Part shown: positions 30,039 to 40,460 of the stretch, one piece after another | Layout of the letters: every line of letters starts with the position of its first letter | Numbering within the stretch: position 1 is the first letter of the stretch | Source: an uncultured Gemmatimonadales bacterium | GTDB lineage: Bacteria > Gemmatimonadota > Gemmatimonadetes > Gemmatimonadales > GWC2-71-9 | Assembly: GCA_963798915.1 (NCBI GenBank) | Contig: CAWCVB010000010.1 | Coordinates: forward strand, 32,001 to 96,000 | Length of the DNA: 64,000 bases | Reading direction: 5' to 3' | Made by a program: the position numbers and the translations under genes | Notes under the pieces: model-generated | The model's database searches: none | What the model saw: only the letters and a program-made list of their open reading frames with translations | Told to the model about the DNA's origin: nothing

Positions 30039-31807
30039 TGGCATTGCCGTCTCCCCGGCGGCTGAATCGCCTGTGGGTCAGAGTTCGACCGTACAGGGCC
30101 GGGCTCTTCTGGGCCGTGGCGGCGCTTCTCGCCTCGAGCGCCATCAATCTCATGTTTCCCGGGATTGTCGGATACCTGCTTGATGCCGCCTTTGAGAAGG
30201 GCAACCGCGACCTCCTGAACCGCATAGCGATCGGCCTGGTGGGCCTTTTTGCCATCCAGGCGCTGCTGAACTACGCCCAGACGTACCTGCTCTCGGCCAC
30301 GGGCGAGCGGGCTGTGGCCGGGCTGCGACGGGAGCTCTTCAACAAGCTGCTTACGCTACCGCCCGGCTTCTTCACGGAGCGGCGGACCGGCGAGCTCACC
30401 AGCCGGCTCACGACCGACATCGGCCTGCTGCAGGGCGTATTGAGCCACCAGATCGCCGAGTTTTCGCGCCAGGTCATCATGCTGGTGGGTGGGCTGGTGC
30501 TGCTCACGATCATGCAGCCCACGCTTACGCTGACCGCCGTGGCCGTCGTACCGGTCGTGGTCCTGACGGCCATGTTCTTTGGCCGGCGGCTGAGGCGGCT
30601 GACCACGGGAGTGCAAGACAAGGTGGCAGAAGCCACCGCGGTCGCGGAAGAGGCGATGAGCCAGATCCGCACCGTGCAGGCCTTTGTCCAGGAAGACATG
30701 GAGCGCCGGCGCTATGGTGCCCGCATCACCGAGAGTGTACGGGAGGCGCTCAAGCGGGCGCACTTCCGTGGCATCTTTTTCGGGGTGCTGACGCTCGCCT
30801 CGTTCTGCGGCATCGTCATTGTGCTCTGGCAGGGCGGGAGGCAGGTACTGGCAGGTGGCCTTACTGCCGGTCATCTGGTGTCGTTTCTTCTCTATACCAT
30901 TTATATCGCGGCGGCGGTGGGCTCACTTGCATCGTTCTTCAGCGCCTACCAGGAGGCGGTGGGGGCAGCCGAGCGGGTCTTCGATCTGATAGAGACGCCG
31001 GTGGCCATCGCCGATCCTCTGCACCCGGTGCCGCTGCCTCTGCCGGTCAGGGGAGCCGTCGCCTTCGACAAAGTGTCGTTCCGCTACCATCCTGAGGACG
31101 AGAATCGGTGGATCCTCCGGGACATCAACCTTGAAATCCGGCCGGGCGAGGTGGTGGCGCTGGTTGGCCCTTCGGGGGCCGGCAAGACCACGCTGATTTC
31201 GCTGCTGCCACGATTCTGGGATCCTACAGAGGGCGTGATCCGACTGGAAGGTGTGGACCTGCGGGCGCTGGCGCTCAGCGATGTCCGCCACGCAGTGGGC
31301 ATCGTCCCGCAGGAGCCGGCCCTGTTCAGCGGGAGTGTGCGGGACAACATCGCCTATGGCCGGCCTGACGCCGCCCACGCCGCTGTCGAGGCGGCCGCCA
31401 AGGCGGCGCATGCCCATGAGTTTGTCATGGCTCTTCCGGCCGGATATGACACCCTGGTCGGGGAGCGTGGGGTCAAGGTCTCCGGGGGCCAGCGCCAGCG
31501 GATCGCGATCGCCCGTGCCATCCTCAAGAATCCCGCTGTCCTGGTGCTCGATGAGGCAACCAGCAACCTGGATACCGAGAGCGAGCGGCTGATCGAAGAC
31601 GCTCTGGAACGCCTGCTGGTAAACCGGACCACTCTCATCATTGCGCATCGGCTGAGCACCGTCCGCCGGGCCGACCGGCTTCTGGTGCTGGACCAGGGTC
31701 AAATGGTTGAGGAAGGGACCCACGCCAGCCTGCTCGAGCTGGGCGGGCTGTATGCCCGGCTGTATCAGCGGCAGTTCAGGGACGGGGAGCTGCTGCTCGA
31801 GGGATGA
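30038..31807 (+). CDS. ABC exporter, fused permease/ATPase (MsbA/ABCB type)
   Basis: 6-TM domain, GPSGAGKTT, SGGQRQR, LDEATS.LD and IAHRLST. Confidence 0.95.
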   Translation: MALPSPRRLNRLWVRVRPYRAGLFWAVAALLASSAINLMFPGIVGYLLDAAFEKGNRDLLNRIAIGLVGLFAIQALLNYAQTYLLSATGERAVAGLRRELFNKLLTLPPGFFTERRTGELTSRLTTDIGLLQGVLSHQIAEFSRQVIMLVGGLVLLTIMQPTLTLTAVAVVPVVVLTAMFFGRRLRRLTTGVQDKVAEATAVAEEAMSQIRTVQAFVQEDMERRRYGARITESVREALKRAHFRGIFFGVLTLASFCGIVIVLWQGGRQVLAGGLTAGHLVSFLLYTIYIAAAVGSLASFFSAYQEAVGAAERVFDLIETPVAIADPLHPVPLPLPVRGAVAFDKVSFRYHPEDENRWILRDINLEIRPGEVVALVGPSGAGKTTLISLLPRFWDPTEGVIRLEGVDLRALALSDVRHAVGIVPQEPALFSGSVRDNIAYGRPDAAHAAVEAAAKAAHAHEFVMALPAGYDTLVGERGVKVSGGQRQRIAIARAILKNPAVLVLDEATSNLDTESERLIEDALERLLVNRTTLIIAHRLSTVRRADRLLVLDQGQMVEEGTHASLLELGGLYARLYQRQFRDGELLLEG

Positions 31808-31865
31808 CCTGGCGGAAGCCGAGCCCACCGAAGTGGCTGACTTGCATCGTGGGCATGTGAGGGCA

Positions 31866-31903
31866 AACGAACCCCCCGGGGAGCACTCCCCGGGGGGTTC
31901 GTT
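31866..31903. terminator. Bidirectional terminator-like hairpin
   Basis: Perfect 18-bp inverted repeat AACGAACCCCCCGGGGAG-ca-CTCCCCGGGGGGTTCGTT between convergent genes. Confidence 0.85.
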
Positions 31904-31919
31904 CTGGTGAACAGCCGGC

Positions 31920-33574
31920 TTACTGGCCGATCATCCGGAAGAGGTAGTGCGCAGCAGGCTTTGGCGATGCCGAGTAATTGAAGTAGACGATCGCCACGTA
32001 GTATGTGCCGGCAGTCAGCGCGACGTCCCCAGATTCGGCATTGGCCGTACCAGAGGCACCGCCGCCGCCCTTGGAGTCAACAGCACTGCTGAGTGCCGAG
32101 AAGCTGGCATCGTAGAAGTAGACCCCCAAGTCTGCACCGTCGCTGATGTACGGCAGCTGGAACTTGATGGTCTGGTTGGCTCCCAGAACCAGCTTGTACA
32201 ACCGGGCACCACCGCCAAAGTCGGCGCTCGCGTTGAAATCATATGGCGCGCCGTCCCAGAACGCCGTGGTGTCACCAACCGCCGGGTCGGTAATGCTCGG
32301 AGCGGTCGCAAAGGCGCCCGTTCCCGCCAGGAACGCCACTTCGTCGGCGGTGATCGTCTGGTTGCTCGGCAGGTCGCCCATCTTGAACAGCGATACCAGC
32401 CCGCTGTCGACGCTCATGTTGCCATCAACGCCAGGCTCAAAGAGGACCGAAGCGGAGTTGCTGTCCGCGGCGATGGTCCACGCGAGCGCCGGACGTCCAT
32501 CGACCGCAAACGTGGATTTAGGTGAGAAGCGGAACAAGGCACTTCCGCCCGTGACCGTGACGAACTGGCCCACCGCTGGCGTATTGTCGGAAACTGCGGC
32601 CTGGAACGTGTCCACCACCGCGCTCACGAGTGTGTCTTCCGACGTCAATGAGAACGTGAACGTCGGGTTGGCAGCATTGATGAGATTGGTGAAGGTGGTC
32701 GGCCCGACGCTGTTCGGCCCCGCCTCCAAGTCCATGCTTGTGCCATCCCCGGCAATAACGAACCGCGGCGTCGGCCCGGCCGAGTCAAATGAAACTTCGG
32801 TCGAGTCCGTGAAGATGACGCCGGCGGGCGCAGTGACCGTAATGTGCTCGCCCAAGGCCGGCGTGAGATTGCTGAAGGTGAAAGGCTGGGTTCCGGAAGG
32901 GCTGTTGAGCGTGTCGCTGGCAGTAACTCCGAAGACCACGTTCTTATTGTATGTCAACGTGACATTGGTGAACTTGGCCGGCCCAAGGAGATCGGGCCCG
33001 GCATTGAAGGTCAGCGTGGTGCCGTCGGGCGCGACGCTGACGGGCGTCAATGTGTCGCCACCGAAAATCACCAGGGTGGAATCGGTGAACAGCAGGTCGG
33101 ACGTCACCGATGCGGTCACGACCTCACCCAAGGCCGGTGTCAGAGTCGAGAATGGAAAACTCTCGGCACTGTTGGGGGTCACCACCACCGGCACGTCCAG
33201 CGTCAGATCACCGCTGGTGATGGAAAATGACGAGTTGTCGAGCTCGCTGGTGCTCACCCAGACCCGAAGTTCCGTCGTGTTCGGGTTGAACACCAGGGTA
33301 TCGCCGTGGTAGATCGGCCGGAACGCCGAGTCGGCACGAACGCTGATGCCGGGTCCCACGGTCGAGATCGAGATGGGCTGCAGGACTGACGTGCCCTGCT
33401 GATCCACGACCCGGATGCGAACATTCTGGCTGTCCGTTCTCGAGACGAACACGACGGCGGGTTCGGCCACGATGTGGTCAGCCGATCCGGGACTGACCTG
33501 ATCGGGCTCGGTGCTGCATGCCCCGAGCGACACGTCACGGCGAGTAGAACAGCACCACGCAAGATACGATTCAT
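31920..33574 (-). CDS. Lipoprotein with three internal beta-rich repeats and a C-terminal PPC-like domain (indel in the signal peptide)
   Basis: MNRILRGAVLLAV joins VSLGA-C after a 1-nt shift near 33535. Repeats TPALGEVVT / TPALGEHIT / TPAVGQFVT; D....Y and L.AGTYYV.I motifs. Confidence 0.7.
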
Positions 33575-33660
33575 GTCTGGCACCTCATTCCAATCGAAAT
33601 GTGGACACGCGCCCGGAGCCGCTTCGAGGCGAATGCTCACCCGCCGTGCCGGCAGGCGGG

Positions 33661-35159
33661 CTAGAAGGGGCTGTCGGAACCACCGGTAAAATCAATGCCC
33701 AGATAATGGCAGATATCCTGCACCGCCGCCTTACCCAGGATTTCCTTCCAGGCGGCAGCACCGTGCTCAGTGACAGTCGTTGGTGTAATCAACTGGTACG
33801 ACCCGAACCCGTTACGATCCGCAAAAATATAGTATCGCGGCTTGCCACGGGTGTATCGCCACACCTCATATGGCGGCGCGAAGCCAGTTGGCACCCGCGT
33901 GAGCTGGTCGGATGCCGCGCCATACTTGGCATAAATCCGGCCCCGGTCAGTCCGCCACCCCGGCTCCTGCCGGCCTCGTCCCAACCCGAAATGCCTGGTC
34001 CGCATAGGCAATGGCCTGGTAGAACCGCTCGCGCTCCTCATTCGCCGGCGTTTCCGGCTTGAGCGTCGAACTGCTTCCAGAAGGCCACCAGGAAGCGGCG
34101 CTTGGCACTCACCGACAATTTGTCGTAGCCGCGCAGCTCGTTCGACTTGGCAATCAGCAGCAGTGGCGCCTCCGCAGAATCCAGCTGCGCCTCGTCCATC
34201 GCCGCGAAGTATGCCTCGTCTCCCGCGGTCGCTACGCTGCCGGCGCTCATGCCGCCCCGAGCGCTGTCCTGCGCCAGTGTCTCCTGCATGCTGGCCATGC
34301 TGAACGGTGCCCGCCGCTCAATCCGCTGCCCATTGAGATCCAGCGTGACCACAAACTGATATCGGTCCTGGCGGAAGTCCATCAAGATCCAGCTGCCCCT
34401 GCAGCGTCCCGCCTCCTGCCGGCACCGGGACCGCCGATGGTGCTGTTCGGAAGAATGACTTTCCCCGACGAATCCACCACCGAAACCTGCATCGCGCCCG
34501 AGGTTTCGTCCGGTCTGTCCCGTGTAGGTTTCCAGCAGGTAGAACGCCTTGGTGCGCATCGGTGTCAGTCTGAAGCTCCACGGCTGGCACCAGGATGGTA
34601 TTTCCTCGCCGGATTTCGCCCGGCTGGGGCACGGTGTCGCCGTCGCCGGCCGTGCGCATGGCAGGCGACAACAGCAGGTCGCTCGCCGTCGGGCGGCGAA
34701 CTGTAGCCCAATGACCGCTGACATCCGTCTGCGCCTCCGTCCCGACACGCTGTCAGTCACGGTAACGTGCATGGTGTAGCGGCCCGCGACCACTGGAAAC
34801 TCCATCAATTCCAAGTCCGGTGGCGCCAGGCATCTTGCGCTTCGGTCGGGAACCCGCTTGCTCCAAGTCCACGGCTCCGCCAGGAGCGCAAGGCCGGTCG
34901 AGTCTGTCACCTGGGCACTCACGCTGTAGACCATGCTGCCCGTCGCCGGAACCACTTGCTGGTGCCTGCAGGAGCGAGTATGGCACACTCACGAAGACCT
35001 TGACCAGCGTCTGCGCATGCATCGGGCCGATAGTACCGGACGACCCGCATGCTCCAGCGAATCCTGGGCGCGAACTTCAGACGCGGGCCAGAGCGAAAGA
35101 AGCGCCGCCAGTGCCACCACTGAATGCAACATGCAACTGCCTCGGAATGAGTAGTTCAT
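33661..35159 (-). CDS. GWxTD domain-containing exported protein (multiple frameshifts)
   Basis: Signal VRA-Q; KRRFL..FWKQ.D; GWRTDRGRIY.KYG; E.WRY and YIF.D..G.G.Y.L across fragments. Confidence 0.85.
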
Positions 35160-35268
35160 GGAGACCCGGCCGAGAGCCGACTGCTCGACAGCCTGCCATG
35201 CCGGTGCCGGCAATCGTGGCCGGCCTCCTGTATGACGCGCAACTCATCCCGCCTTGGACAAGAAGAGC

Positions 35269-35304
35269 GATGTGGCGGACGCGGGACGGCCGCCCGCCAC
35301 ATCC
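35269..35304. terminator. Stem-loop downstream of the porV-like gene
   Basis: GATGTGGCGG...CCGCCACATC inverted repeat just past the stop; no U-tract. Confidence 0.4.
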
Positions 35305-35310
35305 CGGGTG

Positions 35311-36426
35311 TTACCAGCCGAGGCTGAAGGTGAAGAAGTTCGTTCCACCCAGGACGCCCATGTAGCGGAAGGCGTAATCCAGCCCAAGACTGAAGGTGCC
35401 GGTGTCGTAATTCAGTCCGCCACCGAGGGCCAGACCCTGCAGGCGCTCTTCATCATTGAGCGCCGTCTGGTTCACGGCGAGGTCCACATTGTTGGCCGGC
35501 GCGTAGCTGTAGCTGCCGCGCAGCGCAAATCCGAACGGGCTGCCACCGAGCCGATTGGTGGCGAACTCGCTGCCGAACGAGAAGCCCGCCTTGTTGCTGG
35601 TGACCTGGTTGAAATCACCCAGCAGCGAAAGGCGGCTGGTCTCCGCTGAAATCAGGTCGTAGGACAGGCCCACCCGGAAGGTGGTCGGGAGCGGGAAATC
35701 CTTGCTCCGGAACTGGCCCGGCTGATCGATGCTGGGGACCGGCTGCTCACCCTGGAGGGGCTCCCGTGGGATGTCCGCATTCAGGCCCGTGCCGCTGTAG
35801 CGCAGGTTGGTGCCGAGATTGGACAGGACGAAGGAGAACACTACCGGATGGTTGTTCAGCGAGGCATGGAAATTGGTGCCGAAGTCCACGGCGAACGCCG
35901 TACCGTGCGCGTCGCCGAGGTTGTCGGAAATCACCTTGCCCGTGATGCCGGCGGAGAAGCGGTCGGAGAAGTTCGACGCCAGCGTCATGCCGGCGAAGGT
36001 TTCCGTGACCGAGTACCGTGCGCCGGTGCCGTCTGGCTGATCCACGGTGTAGACCGGCTGGTCGCTGAAGCCGAAGGTGCCGAGCTGCACGCCGAACGAG
36101 CTGGTGCCGCCGTTAAATGGCAGCGCGAAGCCACCCCAGCTGTAGCGGGTGTCCGCCACATAGTTGTAGGTGCTGACCATGACACCCGGCCGGCTCATCA
36201 GCGCGGCGCCGCCCGGGTTGTAGTAGAGGGAACTCACATCGGTTGCGAGCGCAGTGAATGCGCCGCCGAGCGCGACGCCCCGGGCCCCGGCCCCAAGCAG
36301 CAGGAATTCTGCCGAGGTGGTCCCGTAGCCCGTATTGTCCGCGGCTGCCTGTGCTGCCAGTCCCGCCGGCAGCCCAGTCAGAAGCGCCGCGACCAGGGCG
36401 AAGCGTTGGGTGTTGAACTGACTCAT
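35311..36426 (-). CDS. porV: PorV/PorQ family outer-membrane beta-barrel (T9SS shuttle homologue)
   Basis: Signal LAA-Q; hallmark AEFL..G.GARG.ALG.AF.A.A.D.S..YYNP.G; A.D.G, LP..FR.G and LDYA motifs; terminal aromatic FSLGW. Confidence 0.9.
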   Translation of the reverse strand: MSQFNTQRFALVAALLTGLPAGLAAQAAADNTGYGTTSAEFLLLGAGARGVALGGAFTALATDVSSLYYNPGGAALMSRPGVMVSTYNYVADTRYSWGGFALPFNGGTSSFGVQLGTFGFSDQPVYTVDQPDGTGARYSVTETFAGMTLASNFSDRFSAGITGKVISDNLGDAHGTAFAVDFGTNFHASLNNHPVVFSFVLSNLGTNLRYSGTGLNADIPREPLQGEQPVPSIDQPGQFRSKDFPLPTTFRVGLSYDLISAETSRLSLLGDFNQVTSNKAGFSFGSEFATNRLGGSPFGFALRGSYSYAPANNVDLAVNQTALNDEERLQGLALGGGLNYDTGTFSLGLDYAFRYMGVLGGTNFFTFSLGW

Positions 36427-36486
36427 AAGCTTCCATTCTCCTGGATGCGGGGAAGGACGGGCGAGCCGCCCTCCCCCTGCTGTGGG

Positions 36487-39400
36487 CTACTGGGCGAAGT
36501 TCACCACGGTAAACCGGCCGACTCGCCGCGCATCACCTGCTTCGATGTGATAGAAGTACACACCGCTTGCGACCACCTGGTGGTTCCGGTTCTGGAGGTT
36601 CCAGCTCTCGGTACCATCGCTCTGAGCCGAGTGGTGCTCCAGCACATCCACCAGCACGCCACTCGATGAGTAGATGCGGATGGTGGCCGCGTCGGGCAGG
36701 TTCACGAACTTGAGAATCTTGACGTCCGTGCTCTGCTCCAACTCATTGGTGATGTAGTATGGGTCCGGCACCGTATGCACCGCGTCGAGGTCCGCCAGCG
36801 TCGGAGCGGCAATCGTGTTGGTGGCGGTGAACTGCACACCGATTTCGGCGCCAACGGCCGAGAACGTCCGTGGAACCTCGAAGAATGCACCGGCATCGGT
36901 GACGCCTCCGACATAGCTACGCAGCGTCCAGACCGTACCGGCCGCCGGGAGTTCAGTGGCTCCCATGAGGAATGGGAAGCCCGGCATGTAGAGCCCGAAA
37001 CCGGTCTGGCCCGGCGGAGGAGCGGCCGCGATCTTGGCCGCTGTGTTGCCGATCTGCAGCGGCGCGATTGTCGCCGTCTCGACCAGACGGTATGGATCCG
37101 CGACCGCGTCGTCACCGCAATCCATATTGGTGGCCTGGAAGCCGCTGGCCACCTGCTGCGGCGCCGGCGTGACGCAGGCAAAGTCGCCCAGGGTCACGAC
37201 CCCGGTATTGCCGTCGATGCTGGCGTCGTTGCTGGCCGAGGCCGGCGTGAGGAAGCCCCAGTTGCCGCCGAACGCGGTGTCGAACGGCACCGGCACATTG
37301 TGGGTGATGTCAATGACCGAGTCCACCGTGCCGCCCGCGCCCCAGTAAAGCTTGAAGTCGGCCGCGCGCACTGCAGCCCCGAACATGCCGTTGAAGTCGC
37401 GGAAGCCCACGCCCGCGTAGCCCTGGAGATAGGCCATCGGGTAGTGAATAACCGAGATCCCCGGCAATTCGCCCGCATTGCTGAAGTCGGCGAAGCTCGC
37501 CGGACTGATAGCGTAGTTCGCGTTCGGATTATCCTGCGTTTCGTTGTCACCCACGAACCACCGCGGACCGTTGGCGGGGGACAGTGTCGGGAAACCGGTC
37601 GTCTGTGACCCGAACGCGTCCGAGCGGCCCCACTGGGAAGTGAAGTATTCGCCGGGCAGCGTCATCTGTACATTGCCGTACAGCGCGAAGTCGCTCGATC
37701 CGCCGAAACGACTGCTGCTGGGATCCAGCGCCGCGGCCTTGAAAGGCGTCCCGTCCGCCGTAGTAGGAGCTTCAGTAAAGTTCTGCAGGATCGGGACGGT
37801 GATGTGCGCCGTGCCAGCAGAAGACGTGGCCGTCAGGTAATACGTGTTCGACATGCCTTCCACGGCATTGCCCAGGCCGATGCTGTCCAGCCGGGCCGAG
37901 AAGGAGCCGGAACCCTTCAGCACCTCCGATACCGCGCCAACAAAGCTGACGTCCCACGCGTTCGCGGCCGGAAACGGCCCGCTGAACTTGCTGGTCGCCG
38001 GGTCAAAGGCGGGCGCCGGAGCATCGGGATTCAGGTTGGTGCCACGCCCGCTGATGAAGGGCTGCGTCGCGACGTCGCTCGCACTGTTGGTGGCGGCTAC
38101 GTGCGGCGTCACTGACTTGGTGATTCGCGCCGACTCGATACTGGACGGGCCTGACGCGAATGAGTTGACATCGAAGGCGGTGACCGCGTAGAAGTAACGC
38201 AGATTGTTCCGCACCCCGCGGTCCACGTACACGAACGGCACGCCGGTGTCAGCAAGCCCGGGGAAGCCGGAGTTGCCGCCGGTGATCACGGTGTCGGACT
38301 GGAGCGGCAGGATGGTCGCCGTGCCGTCAGCCAACTCGGCGCGGGAACCGGTCTTGACCTGGACCACTCCGCCCACTAGCGGAATATCACGCGAGTGCGT
38401 CCGCGCGACCCCGGGCTCGAACTCGGTCGAATCGTAGCCGGCCGCGCATCGGTCAAAGAGACCGATGTCGGGTGCGCACACGGTGAGTTCGGTCGCATCC
38501 GTTCCAGTGTTGGCCACGAAGCCAGAGAAGTCACTGATCGAGGTGCCGCCGTAGTCGAACTGAGCCAGCAGCGACAGCGAGCTGGGGGCGTCCACCCGGC
38601 CCCGATAGACCCGGTAGCCCTCCACGTCATACTGGCGATAGTTCGGGATCATACAGGTTGTTGACGACCGGCGCGCCACCACCCTCGGGCACGCTCATCG
38701 GGCTGCTGGCAATCTCGAAGAAGGGATCGCCCGTGCTCTCAGTCGCGGATGGACGCCAGAGCACCGTCACCTGGTTATCGCCCGGCACCAGGAAGAACTC
38801 CGGCGCGTCGGGCGCAAAGGCGAGCAGGAATCGGCTATCAAAGACCTGCTGGGCCACCTTGGCCTTGCCCAGCAGTGAGCCGGGCACCACGTTGTACTCA
38901 TCCTGCTGGGCAATGCCGTCGACGTTGGCGTCGCTGTAGCCCAGGAAACCCGCCAGCGAATCCACCATGTTCACGCCACCCGGCGTGGTCAGCGTGGTCA
39001 TGTCGGTGAACACGCGGGGATCGCCCGGCGTGAGATCGGTCGCGCCGCCCGGCGAGAACGAGGCCACCGCGACCGGCGCCGCGAAGATATACGCCACCGC
39101 GATCGAGCCAAATTCGCCCGGTGCCAGCGTCAGCGGCGTCGACGACTGGAAGAACCGCATGTCGGCCGCGGCCGTATTGTTGACGTAGCAGATGTGCGTA
39201 ACGCGTCGGGTCTCCCGTGGTGCACGGGGCATCGCCGGCCGCGTCGAGATGTTGCCCGACAGGTAGCGGAACAGCTGCGTGGTGTTGCGCGGATCGCCGA
39301 ACACGCCGCCGTTGATGGTGTTGCTGAACAACTGGATTGCGCCCGGCCCGGTCGGGACTCTTCAGGTACTTGACGCCCACGAATCCGACGCCCGGGAAGA

Positions 39401-40377
39401 AGGGCGGTGCGAAGATGCCGGGATCGAAGGTCCAGGTGTTCGGCTGCCCGAAGTCCTTCTGATAGGTATTGCCCAGCGCGAACGGCAGCTCGACCGTCGA
39501 GTAGTTGTCGCCGGCGCTGCCGACGTCCATGTCCGCGCCAAACGCCGCGAACATGTTCTCGATCGTATACCCTTCGTCCGGCAGGTCGACGCCGTACTCG
39601 GCGTTGTTCAGCGCATGAAACTGCTTGCGCCTTCTCCAGCAGGATTTCGCGCATGCTGGGCCGGATAGCCGCGTAGACCGCCGGATCCAGCGACGTCACA
39701 TTGTAGAAGGTGTAAATCAGGTAGACGATGTCCTGGTTACCGGTCGGATAATTCCAGCCCATGCCGCGGGTCTCGACCGCGATGCCCATGGGGTGCGGAC
39801 GGCCGCCGCCGGTGCTCGGATCGCCTTCCCATGACATCAGCCAGACATCGCCCTGTGAGGCGCTGACCCGGTTGCGGAGCACCGGGTAGAACAGATCCTC
39901 ACTGGCATCGCCACTGGGAACCAGCGCGGCGTCCGGCCAACTGGCCACATCGTCGGGATTGGTGGCGTTGTAGATCGGCTGAACTTCCTGGCCGTGCACG
40001 TTGTCGCCGCGAGCGTTGAAGAAGAACGCGCCCGTGGTGTCGCCGCCCCAGGGGTTGGCCGGCTTGCTCCCGCCGATGATACCGGCAAGCTGAAGACCGG
40101 TGTTGAACACGTACTGGTCGCCCGTGCCCTTGGGCCAGAAGCCGCCACCGATGGTGGAGGAGTTGGTGGAATCCACGCAGATTTCTCCGCTGGTGGATAT
40201 GCCGCAATAGACGCGGTTGATGGTGAACGCGCCCAGACTGCGCGCGAACAGCCGGAATCCGCTGCGCTTGACGCCCGGCTCGGGCTTGGCCGACGCCACT
40301 GACGGCGCGAACGCCGCCATGGCGAGGGCCAGGAGCCCGCCGAGCAGGACGCCCCTCGTACCGAAACGTGAGTGCAT
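36487..40377 (-). CDS. Large (~1300 aa) secreted protein with T9SS/FlgD-Ig-like C-terminal sorting domain (several frameshifts)
   Basis: Signal MHSRFG...ASA; PGDNQV...W, GYRVYR and YFYAVTAFD motifs; C-terminus VPDPY...KF.NLP..ATIRIY..SG.LV...W.L.N......ASGVYFY.I.......F.VV. Confidence 0.82.
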
Positions 40378-40460
40378 CGTGCATCCTCTCCGATGAGAAT
40401 AGCGTAGGCCCCGGAGCCGGGAGCGCACCTGCGCGCCCACCGGCCCGGCACCCGTTGACC

